This document shows, piece after piece, positions 36,585 through 46,550 of a stretch of DNA of 64,000 bases. Within the stretch, counting starts at the first letter, position 1. Each line of letters opens with the position of its first letter. Position numbers and translations under genes: made by a program. Location of the stretch: positions 1 to 64,000 of the forward strand of contig JAJDBW010000029.1 in the NCBI GenBank assembly GCA_029261155.1, read 5' to 3'. The stretch is from Nitrospirota bacterium. GTDB taxonomy: Bacteria; Nitrospirota; Nitrospiria; SBBL01; JAADHI01. A model generated the notes under the pieces. The model made no database searches and was not told the DNA's origin. It saw only the letters and a program-made list of their open reading frames with translations.

Positions 36585-37648
36585 AGGCCGAGACCCTCAG
36601 CACCCCGCAAAAAAGGGCGGCACGGTTTTCAGACATCGCGGTCTTGTTTCCCCTCTTTCTTTTATTGATCGCCTCGGTTTTCCTGGCGACGGCCACGGGC
36701 GCGGTGGATGTGCCGCTTTCGGTCGTGCTTAAGATTGTCCTCAATGCCCTGCCCTTTTTCGAACTCAGCGGATGGGAGGCGGCCCACGAAACCATCGTCC
36801 TCTTTCTCCGCCTCCCACGCGTGCTCTTGGCCGTGCTCATCGGCGGGGGGCTGGCCCTTGCGGGGGCGACGCTGCAGGCCCTCTTCCGCAACCCCATGGC
36901 CGACCCGGGCATCATCGGCATTTCCAGCGGCGGCGCACTCGCGGCGGTCGTCGCCATCGCCTCCGGCTTTTCGGCTCTCCACGTCTTGGCCCTGCCCTTG
37001 GCGGCCTTCGTGGGGGCCCTGCTCACGCTCCTCTTGATTTATGGCATCGGCATCCGGCAGCGGAATCCCTCCTCTGCGACGCTACTGCTCTCCGGCATCG
37101 CCGTTGGTATCTTCATGGGGGCGACGCTTTCGCTGATTTTGACGCGGCTTGAGGCCAACGACGCCCTGCGGGAAATCTTCTTTTGGCTCATGGGCGGGCT
37201 TGACGGCCGGGGCTGGACGCAACTGAAGGCCGCTTTTTGGCCCATCTCCCTTGGCAGCGCGGGGCTCTTGTTTTTCTCGCTCGACCTCAACCTCCTCTTA
37301 TTGGACGGGGAGGAAGGGGCCCAGAGCCTGGGCATGAATATCCGCTTCGTCCGCAAGATGCTCCTGGGGCTCTGCGCACTCATTATCGGCGCGGCCGTCG
37401 CCTTTTCCGGGACGATTGCATTTGTGGGACTGATTGTCCCTCACATCGTCCGGCTCATCATCGGCCCCAACCACCGGACACTTCTACCCGCCGCGTTTTT
37501 GGCAGGGGGCATCCTCTTGGTCGCCGCCGACCTTTTGGCCCGAACCCTCGCCGCGCCGGAGGAGCTTCGCCTGGGAACAATTACCTCGCTAATCGGCGTG
37601 CCCTTCTTTCTTTATCTCTTGCGAAAAAACCGCAGCGCCTCATTATAA
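36581..37648 (+). CDS. btuC: FecCD-family ABC transporter permease
   Basis: Ten TM helices and the FecCD signature region. Translationally coupled to btuF. Confidence 0.85.
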   Translation: MKAETLSTPQKRAARFSDIAVLFPLFLLLIASVFLATATGAVDVPLSVVLKIVLNALPFFELSGWEAAHETIVLFLRLPRVLLAVLIGGGLALAGATLQALFRNPMADPGIIGISSGGALAAVVAIASGFSALHVLALPLAAFVGALLTLLLIYGIGIRQRNPSSATLLLSGIAVGIFMGATLSLILTRLEANDALREIFFWLMGGLDGRGWTQLKAAFWPISLGSAGLLFFSLDLNLLLLDGEEGAQSLGMNIRFVRKMLLGLCALIIGAAVAFSGTIAFVGLIVPHIVRLIIGPNHRTLLPAAFLAGGILLVAADLLARTLAAPEELRLGTITSLIGVPFFLYLLRKNRSASL

Positions 37649-37783
37649 AACCGTAAGTTATTAATTTTTCTTGTCTTCGTTCAGCCCAAACCGGTCCACG
37701 CTTAAGTTTGCGCGCTGCCGCTCCGATAAGGTTCATGTGACTCGGAATAGAAACACAGCGAGTGACAACCTAGGAGGGAAACC

Positions 37784-38776
37784 ATGAATTTAATACCCCA
37801 GGATCTACCCAGCGCCTTATCGTCGATGTCTTCGATGATCGGACACGATAAGGACCTGAAAAACCTACAGAATACCGAAGCCGCGCAACAGGAACTCAGC
37901 ATTCAAAAAAGTACGGACTTTACCCTCTATACTGCGGAAGGGGACAAAGTCACGCTGTCTTCTTTTGCCTCTTTGGAGGCAAGCCTTTCAACCTATACCT
38001 CTAAAGGCACGATGGCGGGCGAGGGCAGCCAGAGCGATGTTGAGGAATTCTCCATGAGTATGGAATTCGAACTTCAGCTCTCGGTCGAAGGCGATCTGAA
38101 CGAACAAGAAATTAAAGATATCCGCAGAGCCTTCACCCAAATGAGAAAAATGGTCAGAAATCTCCTTTCGGGAAAAACCGAGAAAGCCATGGGTAGAGCA
38201 TCGAAGTTGATGGATTTTAAATCGATCTCCGGCTTTGAAGCCGTTTACCAATATTCGCGGACCTACTCGGCCGGCGAGGCCTTAGCGGAGGAGACTATGC
38301 CTATGCCTGGGGAGACAAGTGAACAAGCGGCGACGCCGCCCGCAAGTCCCGCCATCACTACGGCCCTTCCCACCCAACCAACGGTCGCACCCACCCCGCT
38401 TAGCCCACCCGATCCGGAGCCTTCCGGAGCGGTGGAGGAAAAAGCAGCGACCAGCCCGCCCGCTGAATCGACCGAGATGCCGGGCACAGGACCAAGCCTA
38501 CAAATTGAAATTGATCACCTTGTGAAGAAAATGGCATCGCTCGTTGTGGAATCCGATGTCGAAACGGGGAAACTCGTGGAATTTACAAGTCAATTTCTTG
38601 ATCATCTTTCAGCGAAGTATTCCTATGAGAACGGCGAGAGCTCCTTCGAATTTAGCTTAGTTAGACAGATACAACTCAGCTTTATGCAAAAATTCGAGGC
38701 GATGCCCGACGCAGGAGAAGCTTCGACCGAAACCGAGGGTTCCGAAGAAAAGGCGCCCCAAGCCTTAACAGCTTAA
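37784..38776 (+). CDS. Hypothetical acidic protein with Pro/Thr/Ala-rich central linker
   Basis: No known domain. The central low-complexity region is (PASPAITTALPTQPTVAPTPLSPPDPEP). Confidence 0.45.
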   Translation: MNLIPQDLPSALSSMSSMIGHDKDLKNLQNTEAAQQELSIQKSTDFTLYTAEGDKVTLSSFASLEASLSTYTSKGTMAGEGSQSDVEEFSMSMEFELQLSVEGDLNEQEIKDIRRAFTQMRKMVRNLLSGKTEKAMGRASKLMDFKSISGFEAVYQYSRTYSAGEALAEETMPMPGETSEQAATPPASPAITTALPTQPTVAPTPLSPPDPEPSGAVEEKAATSPPAESTEMPGTGPSLQIEIDHLVKKMASLVVESDVETGKLVEFTSQFLDHLSAKYSYENGESSFEFSLVRQIQLSFMQKFEAMPDAGEASTETEGSEEKAPQALTA

Positions 38777-38813
38777 GTTTCGACCCGCCCCACGATCCTA
38801 CCTTTCACCGAAA

Positions 38814-38846
38814 AGCGCCCCGTTCCACGGACGGGGCGCTTTTTTA
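38814..38846 (+). terminator. Rho-independent terminator
   Basis: AGCGCCCCGT-tccacgg-ACGGGGCGCT followed by TTTTTT. Confidence 0.7.
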
Positions 38847-38960
38847 TTCCCCGGACGCAATAGCCCTTTTCGCTGCCTCAGGCCCGTGAAGCCCTTCTCC
38901 TTATTGCCTAAGCCACAGGCTCTATGCTATATAAAGCCCTTTATCCTCGGCGACTTCAGC

Positions 38961-40181
38961 ATGGAAAAATCGACCAAAGAATGGATTACACAAGGCGAAT
39001 CGGTCCTGATGCCGACCTATGCGCGCTTTCCCTTAATTTTGAAACGGGGAAAAGGAGCGGAAGTCACTGATTACGAGGGCAAAACCTACCTCGACTTTGT
39101 CAGCGGCATCGCCGTCAACAGCCTCGGGCACTGCGATCCCCAGCTTGTCGCCGACCTAAAAAAACAAGCGGAGTCCCTTTTACAGGTCTCTAATCTTTAT
39201 TACACGCTCCCTCAGATTGAACTGGCGACACGCCTCGTCGAGCACAGCTTCGCGGACAAGGTTTTCTTTTGCAACAGCGGCACGGAAGCGGTCGAGGCCG
39301 CCATCAAGCTGGCGCGGAAATTCGCCCAACAAAAGAAGGCCGAAAAAGGCAAGCGCTTCGAGATCATCGCGGCGGAGAACTCTTTTCACGGCCGGACCCT
39401 CGCGGCCCTCTCGGCCACCGGACAAACGAAGTATCAACAAGGCTTTGCGCCCCTGGTGCCTGGATTTAAACATGTGCCTTTTAACGATATGCATGCGATG
39501 GAAAAGGCCATCACGCCGCAGACCGCCGCAATTCTTTTAGAACCGATTCAAGGAGAAGGCGGCGTCCGCATACCGGATGCCGGTTATCTTGAGGCGGTCC
39601 GGGCGCTTTGCGATCGACATGAAATGCTACTGATCTTCGACGAGGTTCAAACTGGAATGGGCCGAAGCGGACAGCTCTTCGCCTATGAAGCCTCGGGCAT
39701 TGTCCCCGACATCATGACGCTCGCCAAGGGTTTAGGCGGCGGGTTTCCCATCGGCGCGATGTTGGCCCGCGAGGAGGTCGCCCAGGCCTTTCAGCCGGGC
39801 AGCCACGCCTCGACCTTCGGCGGCAATCCCCTGGCCTGCAGCGCAGGCCTCGCCGTCATCGACCGTCTGACGGAGAGCCCCGCCCTATTGGAACACGTTC
39901 GCGAGCTAGGCCTTTACACGATGCATGCCCTTAACCAACTCAAAGAAAAGACGCCACTTATTCAGGGGCTCAGAGGACGCGGTTTGATGATCGCCCTCGA
40001 TTTGGGCCTTCCGGCACGGGACGTGATTGAGGCCGGCCATAAAAAGGGAATCCTGTTCAACCGGACCTCCGACAATACCCTCCGTTTAATTCCGCCCTTG
40101 ACCATCGAACGCGAAGAAATCGATCGGATGATCGAGATCTTATCCGGCATTTTAATGGAGCGGACCCATGCCAAAAAGTGA
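38961..40181 (+). CDS. argD: Acetylornithine aminotransferase
   Basis: Class-III PLP aminotransferase. The pyridoxal-lysine region is …DIMTLAKGLGGG…. The start is taken at MEKSTKEW. Confidence 0.9.
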   Translation: MEKSTKEWITQGESVLMPTYARFPLILKRGKGAEVTDYEGKTYLDFVSGIAVNSLGHCDPQLVADLKKQAESLLQVSNLYYTLPQIELATRLVEHSFADKVFFCNSGTEAVEAAIKLARKFAQQKKAEKGKRFEIIAAENSFHGRTLAALSATGQTKYQQGFAPLVPGFKHVPFNDMHAMEKAITPQTAAILLEPIQGEGGVRIPDAGYLEAVRALCDRHEMLLIFDEVQTGMGRSGQLFAYEASGIVPDIMTLAKGLGGGFPIGAMLAREEVAQAFQPGSHASTFGGNPLACSAGLAVIDRLTESPALLEHVRELGLYTMHALNQLKEKTPLIQGLRGRGLMIALDLGLPARDVIEAGHKKGILFNRTSDNTLRLIPPLTIEREEIDRMIEILSGILMERTHAKK

Positions 40182-41082
40182 CCTCCTCCACCTGGCCGAT
40201 CTATCGGCCCCGGAAATCGAGGGCCTGATCAAGCGCGCGGCGATCTATAAAAAAGGGTCCGCGGAGCGACCCCTGGCCGGTCGCTCGGTCGGGCTTCTCT
40301 TTGAAAAATCTTCGACCCGGACCCGTGTCTCCTTCGAGGTGGCGATTTGGCGGCTGGGCGGCTTGCCCATTTTTTTATCCTTTGACGATATTCAGATCAA
40401 GCGGGGGGAAAGCATCGCCGATACCGCCCGTGTCTTGTCGGGCTATCTCGATGCCCTCGTGGTTCGGACCTATGAACAATCCAAAGTAGAGGAATGGGCC
40501 CAGCATGCATCGATCCCCGTGATCAACGGCCTGACGGACTGGCATCACCCCTGCCAGATTTTAGCGGACCTTTTTACGATTTGGGAAAAACGGGGAGGAT
40601 TGAAGGGACAGAAGCTGGTTTATATCGGCGACGGCAACAACATCGCCCATTCGCTGATTGAAGGCGGGGCCAAGGTCGGGATGGAAATCGTCATCGCCGC
40701 CCCGGAGGGCTTCCAGCCCGATCCGGCCATCGTAAAACAAGGCGAGCGGATGGCCGAAGTCAGCGGTGGCAGAGTGTCGGTGGAAAGCGATCCGCACAAG
40801 GCCGTCCAAGGTGCCGATGTTTTATATACCGATGTCTGGGTGTCGATGGGGCAAGAGGCGGAACGGGCACAGCGGCTTCAAACACTCGCCCCCTATCAAA
40901 TCAATCAAAAACTGGTGGATAGGGCCAAGGACGATGTCTTGGTGATGCATTGCCTGCCCGCCCATCGCGAAGAAGAAATTACCGCCGAAGTCATGGAAGG
41001 ACGGCATTCCATTATCTTCGCGCAATCCGCAAACCGCCTGCCGATGCAACAGGCCATATTAGAACTTTGGGTGACGAATTGA
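40168..41082 (+). CDS. argF: Ornithine carbamoyltransferase
   Basis: Carries the carbamoyl-phosphate-binding motif STRTR. Also has HPCQ and HCLP. Confidence 0.92.
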   Translation: MPKSDLLHLADLSAPEIEGLIKRAAIYKKGSAERPLAGRSVGLLFEKSSTRTRVSFEVAIWRLGGLPIFLSFDDIQIKRGESIADTARVLSGYLDALVVRTYEQSKVEEWAQHASIPVINGLTDWHHPCQILADLFTIWEKRGGLKGQKLVYIGDGNNIAHSLIEGGAKVGMEIVIAAPEGFQPDPAIVKQGERMAEVSGGRVSVESDPHKAVQGADVLYTDVWVSMGQEAERAQRLQTLAPYQINQKLVDRAKDDVLVMHCLPAHREEEITAEVMEGRHSIIFAQSANRLPMQQAILELWVTN

Positions 41083-42290
41083 ATCAAGCACAGAATCAAG
41101 AGATTAAAAAAGCCGTCCTGGCCTATTCAGGCGGACTCGACACCTCCGTCATTATTCGTTGGATGAAAGAGATCTACAATTGTGAAGTGATCGCCTTCTG
41201 TGCCGATTTGGGCCAAGGCGAGGACCTTGCCCCTTTGACGGACAAGGCAAAAAAGACCGGGGCGAGTAAAGTAGTCATCACCGATCTCCGGGAGGAATTT
41301 GCCTCGGACTATCTATTTCCGATGTTGCGCGCCAATGCCGTCTACGAAGGTCATTATCTCCTGGGCACGGCTATCGCCCGACCCCTGATCGCAAAAAAGC
41401 AGATGGAAATCGCCAAGGCGGAAGGGGCCGATGCGGTCGCCCACGGTGCAACGGGCAAGGGCAACGATCAAGTCCGCTTTGAATTGACCTACCTCTCCAT
41501 CGACCCGAAGATCAAAATCATTGCGCCCTGGCGCGATTGGGAATTTGAATCGCGCTCCGACTTGATCGCCTACACCAAAAAATACGATATCCCAGTTGAA
41601 GCGACGGCGGAAAAACCTTATAGCATCGATCGAAACCTATTCCATGTCAGTTTCGAAGGGGGCATCTTGGAAGACCCCTGGGTCGCCCCGCCCGAATCCA
41701 TGTTCGCCACGACCACTTCGCCCGAAGCGGCCCCCGACACGCCCCAAACAATAGAGATCGCCTACGAGGCTGGCAATCCGGTGAGCGTGGATGGTAAGCC
41801 CTATTCGCCGGCAAAGCTAATCGCGGAATTGAACAAAATGGGCGGCAAACACGGTATCGGCCGGGTCGACTTAGTCGAGAATCGCTACGTGGGCATTAAG
41901 TCGCGCGGGGTTTATGAAACGCCGGGCGGGACCATCTTGCATGTCGCGCATCGGGCGGTGGAGTCTTTGACCTTGGACCGGGAAGTCCTTCACCTGCGGG
42001 ACAGCCTCATTTCGCAATATGCGTCGATGATTTATTACGGCTACTGGTTCGCCCCCGAACGGGAACTCTTGCAAAGCCTTTTCGATAAGGCCCAAGCGGG
42101 TGTTACCGGCGTCGCGCGTCTGAAACTTTACAAAGGGAACGTCATTCTCTGCGGCCGTTCCGCCCCGCGCTCGCTCTATCACCAAGAAATCTCCACCTTC
42201 GAGAAAGACACCGACTACGTGCAGAAAGAGGCGGAAGGCTTTATCCGACTCAATGCGATGCGACTGAAACTGCTGGCCCAACAGAAATAG
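41079..42290 (+). CDS. argG: Argininosuccinate synthase
   Basis: The PP-loop is AYSGGLDTS. The start is probably TTG, overlapping the argF stop. The track ORF extends upstream in the argF alternate frame. Confidence 0.88.
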   Translation: MNQAQNQEIKKAVLAYSGGLDTSVIIRWMKEIYNCEVIAFCADLGQGEDLAPLTDKAKKTGASKVVITDLREEFASDYLFPMLRANAVYEGHYLLGTAIARPLIAKKQMEIAKAEGADAVAHGATGKGNDQVRFELTYLSIDPKIKIIAPWRDWEFESRSDLIAYTKKYDIPVEATAEKPYSIDRNLFHVSFEGGILEDPWVAPPESMFATTTSPEAAPDTPQTIEIAYEAGNPVSVDGKPYSPAKLIAELNKMGGKHGIGRVDLVENRYVGIKSRGVYETPGGTILHVAHRAVESLTLDREVLHLRDSLISQYASMIYYGYWFAPERELLQSLFDKAQAGVTGVARLKLYKGNVILCGRSAPRSLYHQEISTFEKDTDYVQKEAEGFIRLNAMRLKLLAQQK

Positions 42291-42299
42291 TCCGAGACC

Positions 42300-43721
42300 G
42301 TGCCGAAAAAGAAAAAAACCACAAATAAAAGCCAATGGAAAAACGCGGCTTGGGAAGGGCGATTTAGCGAAGCGGCCGACCGCGATGCCGCCGCCTTTAC
42401 CACCTCCTTTGCCTTCGACCGCGTCCTCTTTCCTTACGATATTCAAGGCAGCATCGTCCATACGGAAGGCCTCGCCCGTGCGGGCCTGCTGACCGCCTCG
42501 GAAAAACGCAGCCTCATCTCCGGCCTGAAAAAGATAGACAAAGAGATGCGGGCGGAAACGGAAGCAGGCTTGGCCAATCGGATGCTTGTGGACGAAGACA
42601 TCCACATGCATATCGAACGGCGGCTGGTCGAGAAGATCGGCGCGGTCGGCGGCAAGCTCCACACGGGGCGCAGCCGAAACGATCAGGTGGCCCTCGACCT
42701 GCGCCTCTACCTGCGTGACGAGACCAAGCGAACCCTCGAGATGATCGACCTGCTCCAAAGAAGCCTTGTCCTGCGCGCAGAAGCCGAAATCGAAACCTGT
42801 CTGCCCGGCTACACCCATCTTCAACGCGCCCAACCGGTGAGCCTGGCACATCATCTGCTGGCTTACTTCGAGATGCTGGAGCGAGACTTCGGCCGCTTCG
42901 AAGACAGCCTTGTCCGTTTGGACGAATCGCCACTGGGCGCCGGGGCGCTTGCCGGAAACAGCTTTGGCATCGATCGCATGGCGAATGCGCGAGCCTTGGG
43001 TTTTTCCACGGTTACGGCCAACAGTATCGATACGGTCTGCGACCGCGATTTTGTCATCGAATACCTCGGCGCTTCGGCGACCCTGATGATGCACCTCAGC
43101 CGCTGGGCGGAGGATTGGATTCTGTGGGCCTCGACCGAGTTTGGCTTTATCGAACTGCCCGATCGCCTGTCCACGGGAAGCAGCATGATGCCTCAGAAAA
43201 AAAACCCCGATATCCTGGAGCTGATTCGTGGAAAAACAGGTCGGGTCTACGGAAACCTCATGCGTTTGCTTACCCTGCTCAAAGGACTTCCTTTGTCTTA
43301 CAATCGCGACCTTCAAGAGGATAAGGAAGCCCTCTTCGATACCGTTGAAACCGTCAAGAGCAGCCTCTGGATGATGCTTCGCCTGACCAACGAAGTGGAA
43401 TTTAAGAGAGCGCGGATGGAGGCGGCGGCGAACGAAGGTCTGCTCTTGGCTACCGATTTGGCCGACTATCTGGTCACCCAAGGTCTTCCCTTTCGTCAGG
43501 CCCATCGGGTGGTCGGAAAGATCGTCGCCCAGTCCATCAAAACCGGCCAAGCGATTCAAGAGTGGACCTTGCCGACCTTTCAGGGTTTTTCTCCTTTGTT
43601 TAAGGCCGATCTTTACGATCGCCTTACACTCAAGGGCGCCCTCCAAAAAAAAGGGGGCATTGGGGGCACCGCGACGCGTTCAATTAAGTCGGCGCTCCGA
43701 AAGATAAAAAAACGGTGGTAA
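42300..43721 (+). CDS. argH: Argininosuccinate lyase
   Basis: Fumarate-lyase family. Has WEGRFSE near the N-terminus and GSSMMPQKKNPD. The start is GTG. Confidence 0.92.
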   Translation: MPKKKKTTNKSQWKNAAWEGRFSEAADRDAAAFTTSFAFDRVLFPYDIQGSIVHTEGLARAGLLTASEKRSLISGLKKIDKEMRAETEAGLANRMLVDEDIHMHIERRLVEKIGAVGGKLHTGRSRNDQVALDLRLYLRDETKRTLEMIDLLQRSLVLRAEAEIETCLPGYTHLQRAQPVSLAHHLLAYFEMLERDFGRFEDSLVRLDESPLGAGALAGNSFGIDRMANARALGFSTVTANSIDTVCDRDFVIEYLGASATLMMHLSRWAEDWILWASTEFGFIELPDRLSTGSSMMPQKKNPDILELIRGKTGRVYGNLMRLLTLLKGLPLSYNRDLQEDKEALFDTVETVKSSLWMMLRLTNEVEFKRARMEAAANEGLLLATDLADYLVTQGLPFRQAHRVVGKIVAQSIKTGQAIQEWTLPTFQGFSPLFKADLYDRLTLKGALQKKGGIGGTATRSIKSALRKIKKRW

Positions 43722-43725
43722 ATCA

Positions 43726-43893
43726 ATGCGGTTTCCTTTTTTGACTTTAAAAGTGCGCGCGCTTTCCCTTCTTTTTCTCTTCCTATTTTTAGGGAGTTGT
43801 GGTAGAAAGGGAAATCCCGTCCCACCGGATGAATCCTTTCACCACGGGTTTGAACAGTCTAAAAGTCCATACGAAAAGGGCCGACAGGCTTAA
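43726..43893 (+). CDS. LptM/YifL-like mini-lipoprotein
   Basis: A 55-aa ORF with a signal peptide and lipobox (FLGSCG). The CGRKGNPVPP motif resembles the LptM CG.KGPL..P signature. It sits in the conserved position immediately upstream of lysA-dapF. Confidence 0.45.
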   Translation: MRFPFLTLKVRALSLLFLFLFLGSCGRKGNPVPPDESFHHGFEQSKSPYEKGRQA

Positions 43894-43905
43894 GGCATTG
43901 AATTT

Positions 43906-45180
43906 ATGAATGATTTTCACTATAAAAACGGCACTTTGCACTGCGAAGATCTAGCCCTTTCCACAATCGCGAAAAAGGTCGGCACCCCTTTTTTTGCCTA
44001 TAGCCACGCCAACCTGCTAAGGCAGATTCATGCCTATCAAGAGGCCTTTTCCGCCGTGCCTCATCTAATTGCCTTTGCCGTAAAAGCCAATTCGAATATC
44101 GCCGTGCTGCGCCTCTTTGGGCGGGAAGGCGGTGGGGCCGACATCGTCTCCGGGGGAGAACTCCACCGGGCCTTGGTCGCCGGAATCGACCCCAAACGCA
44201 TCGTATTTGCGGGGGTGGGCAAGACGACGGCAGAAATGAAAGATGCGCTAAAGGCCGGAATTTTAATGTTTAATATCGAATCCGCACAGGAACTGGCGGC
44301 CCTCGACGCCTGCGCCAAATCGCTTCAAATGATCGCGCCGGTCGCCTTGCGGGTTAATCCGAACGTCAATGCTCAAACACATCCCTACATTTCGACAGGC
44401 TTGAAAAAGAGCAAGTTCGGCATCGAAATCACGCAAGCCGCCTCGCAATACTACATCGCCATGGGCCTCTCGAACATCAAGATTGTAGGCATCCATTCCC
44501 ACATCGGTTCGCAACTGACCCAAATTTCGCCCTTTGTCGACACCTTAACCCGCGTTTACGAACTCATCAAGGCCTTGCGCTTAGAGGACGTGTGCATCGA
44601 CCATTGGGACATCGGCGGCGGCCTGGGCATTGTCTATAACGACGAACAGCCGCCAAGCCAGAAGGAAATCGCCAACGCACTGCTTCCGCTTTTAAAAAAG
44701 AGCGGCTGCCAAATTATCCTCGAGCCGGGCCGTTCCATGGTGGGCAATGCGGGAACCTTGGTCACCCGTGTTATTTATACGAAAAAAGGCGAAGCCAAAA
44801 ACTTCGTGGTGGTGGACGCAGGCATGAATGACCTGAGCCGCCCCAGCCTCTATCAGGCCTACCACGAAATCCGTCCCGTGGTCGAAAAGGAAAGAATACA
44901 AGAAGTCGTCGATGTGGTCGGGCCCATCTGCGAATCGGGCGATTTTCTGGCGCAGGACCGGAAGCTCGGGCAGGTGGAAGCGGATGAACTCCTCGCCGTA
45001 ATGAGCGCAGGGGCCTACGCCTTTAGCATGTCGTCCAATTACAATAGCCGTCCGCGCCCCCCCGAAGTCCTGGTTCGAGGCAAGGAATTCGAAGTGATTC
45101 GGAAGCGGGAAACCCTGGAAGACCTGCTTCGCGGCGAACAGATCCCCGGTTACTTGCAGGAAGGGGACTTGAGCTTATGA
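43906..45180 (+). CDS. lysA: Diaminopimelate decarboxylase
   Basis: Orn/DAP/Arg decarboxylase fold. The PLP-Lys region is FAVKAN. Also carries GGGLGI and CESGD. Confidence 0.93.
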   Translation: MNDFHYKNGTLHCEDLALSTIAKKVGTPFFAYSHANLLRQIHAYQEAFSAVPHLIAFAVKANSNIAVLRLFGREGGGADIVSGGELHRALVAGIDPKRIVFAGVGKTTAEMKDALKAGILMFNIESAQELAALDACAKSLQMIAPVALRVNPNVNAQTHPYISTGLKKSKFGIEITQAASQYYIAMGLSNIKIVGIHSHIGSQLTQISPFVDTLTRVYELIKALRLEDVCIDHWDIGGGLGIVYNDEQPPSQKEIANALLPLLKKSGCQIILEPGRSMVGNAGTLVTRVIYTKKGEAKNFVVVDAGMNDLSRPSLYQAYHEIRPVVEKERIQEVVDVVGPICESGDFLAQDRKLGQVEADELLAVMSAGAYAFSMSSNYNSRPRPPEVLVRGKEFEVIRKRETLEDLLRGEQIPGYLQEGDLSL

Positions 45181-45635
45181 ATCCGAGAGAAAACGTCCAG
45201 ACCCCAAGCGCCGCCTTTGCGATGGACAAAGTTCGCGCGGCAAGACGCGCCATCAAGCGGCGCCGGAGTGAAGGTCGCGGATTCTTCATCGGGCTTTTAA
45301 CCTTAAGCGGGGTCATCATCATCGTCCTCGGCCTGATTGTCTTTCAGGGCAAGAACATCATGATTTTTACCTTCGAAAATTTTGTGGTCAACAAGGCCTT
45401 TGTCTCCCTCCTCCCGGCGGACTATTCTCTCGAAAAAACGGAAGACATTCGGACAGAGGTGCTCGGTTTTTTTGAAGCGGCCTCGGCGGACCAAGTGAGC
45501 GAAGCCGCCCTCATCGCGGTGGGCGGCAAACTTCAAAACATTATCCAAGATAATCAGGTCAGCGAAGCGGAGGTGGCCGCGATTTTGTCCCTCATCCGCT
45601 TCGAACGCGGGCAAACAGAAAAGGGGAACGAATGA
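45177..45635 (+). CDS. Hypothetical single-pass membrane protein
   Basis: Has a basic N-terminus, then a TM helix (FFIGLLTLSGVIIIVLGLIVF). No known domain. Coupled between lysA and dapF. Confidence 0.5.
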   Translation: MNPRENVQTPSAAFAMDKVRAARRAIKRRRSEGRGFFIGLLTLSGVIIIVLGLIVFQGKNIMIFTFENFVVNKAFVSLLPADYSLEKTEDIRTEVLGFFEAASADQVSEAALIAVGGKLQNIIQDNQVSEAEVAAILSLIRFERGQTEKGNE

Positions 45636-46474
45636 AGCAAAAAGGCCCCATCCCTTTTTGGAAAATGAGCGGGAGCGGAAACGATTTTATCGTGATTGAT
45701 TATCGCAAGCCCACGCCCTCACCAGACGAAATGCGGATGTTTGTCTCCAAGGTCTGCCGTCGCGGCCTCTCGGTCGGCGCAGACGGAGTCATCTTGATCC
45801 GAAGCTCTTCCGTCGCAGACTATGGATGGCACTACTATAATGCCGATGGCGGCGAAGTTGAAATGTGTGCCAACGGAAGCCGTTGCGCAGCCCGCTTCGC
45901 CTTTGAGAACCGAATTGCACCGGCGAAGCACCGTTTTGAAACCCTCGCAGGCATCGTGGAAGCCGAAGTCATGCCCGGCAGCTTGGGACGCGTTCGGGTC
46001 CAACTGCCCGATCCCAGCGGACTCCGCTTGAACGTCCCCATTGTCATCAACGGAGAAGACCACACGGGGCATCTGGTCAATACGGGCGTGCCCCACGTGG
46101 TCTACTTTGTGGACGATCTGGAAAAGACCGATGTCATCGGCATTGGAAGAAAGACGCGCTACCATTCCCTTTTTACACCCAAGGGGACCAATGCCAATTT
46201 CGCAACCCAGGCCAGTCCGAACCAGATTATTATTCGCACCTACGAGCGGGGGGTCGAAAACGAAACCCTCGCCTGCGGCACCGGCGCCATCGCCACGGCC
46301 TTGGTTGCCACCGCGCTTGGAAAAATAGAACCGCCGGTCTCCATAAGAACGCGAAGCGGCGTCATGCTTATCGTCAATTTCGAGGGCGAGGGCACGGCCT
46401 TTAAAAATACGACACTGGAAGGCGACGCACGTATTATTTACACGGGTGAAATCCAAAAGGAAGCGATGCTCTAA
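45632..46474 (+). CDS. dapF: Diaminopimelate epimerase
   Basis: Carries MSGSGNDF, the two catalytic Cys (…NADGGEVEMCANGSRC…, …ACGTGA…). Confidence 0.92.
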   Translation: MKQKGPIPFWKMSGSGNDFIVIDYRKPTPSPDEMRMFVSKVCRRGLSVGADGVILIRSSSVADYGWHYYNADGGEVEMCANGSRCAARFAFENRIAPAKHRFETLAGIVEAEVMPGSLGRVRVQLPDPSGLRLNVPIVINGEDHTGHLVNTGVPHVVYFVDDLEKTDVIGIGRKTRYHSLFTPKGTNANFATQASPNQIIIRTYERGVENETLACGTGAIATALVATALGKIEPPVSIRTRSGVMLIVNFEGEGTAFKNTTLEGDARIIYTGEIQKEAML

Positions 46475-46550
46475 GCCCCCGTTTTCAGGATCATCGTTCA
46501 GAAATCAACTCAGGCCGTTTTTGCCTGAGCGAGAGAGAAAGGAAAACACC

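Noticed and set aside
37649-37783. Possible btuD/ABC ATPase downstream of btuC
   Set aside because: No Walker A/B-containing ORF is present there. The next gene is an acidic protein with no ATPase motifs.
40950-41078. Upstream extension of the argG ORF
   Set aside because: Lies in an alternate frame inside argF. ArgG homology begins at [19 protein letters not shown].
41871-43646. 591-aa ORF on the minus strand
   Set aside because: Entirely antisense to argG/argH. It has Arg/Gly/Ala-rich low-complexity translation typical of a high-GC shadow ORF. The sense-strand genes have strong conserved motifs.
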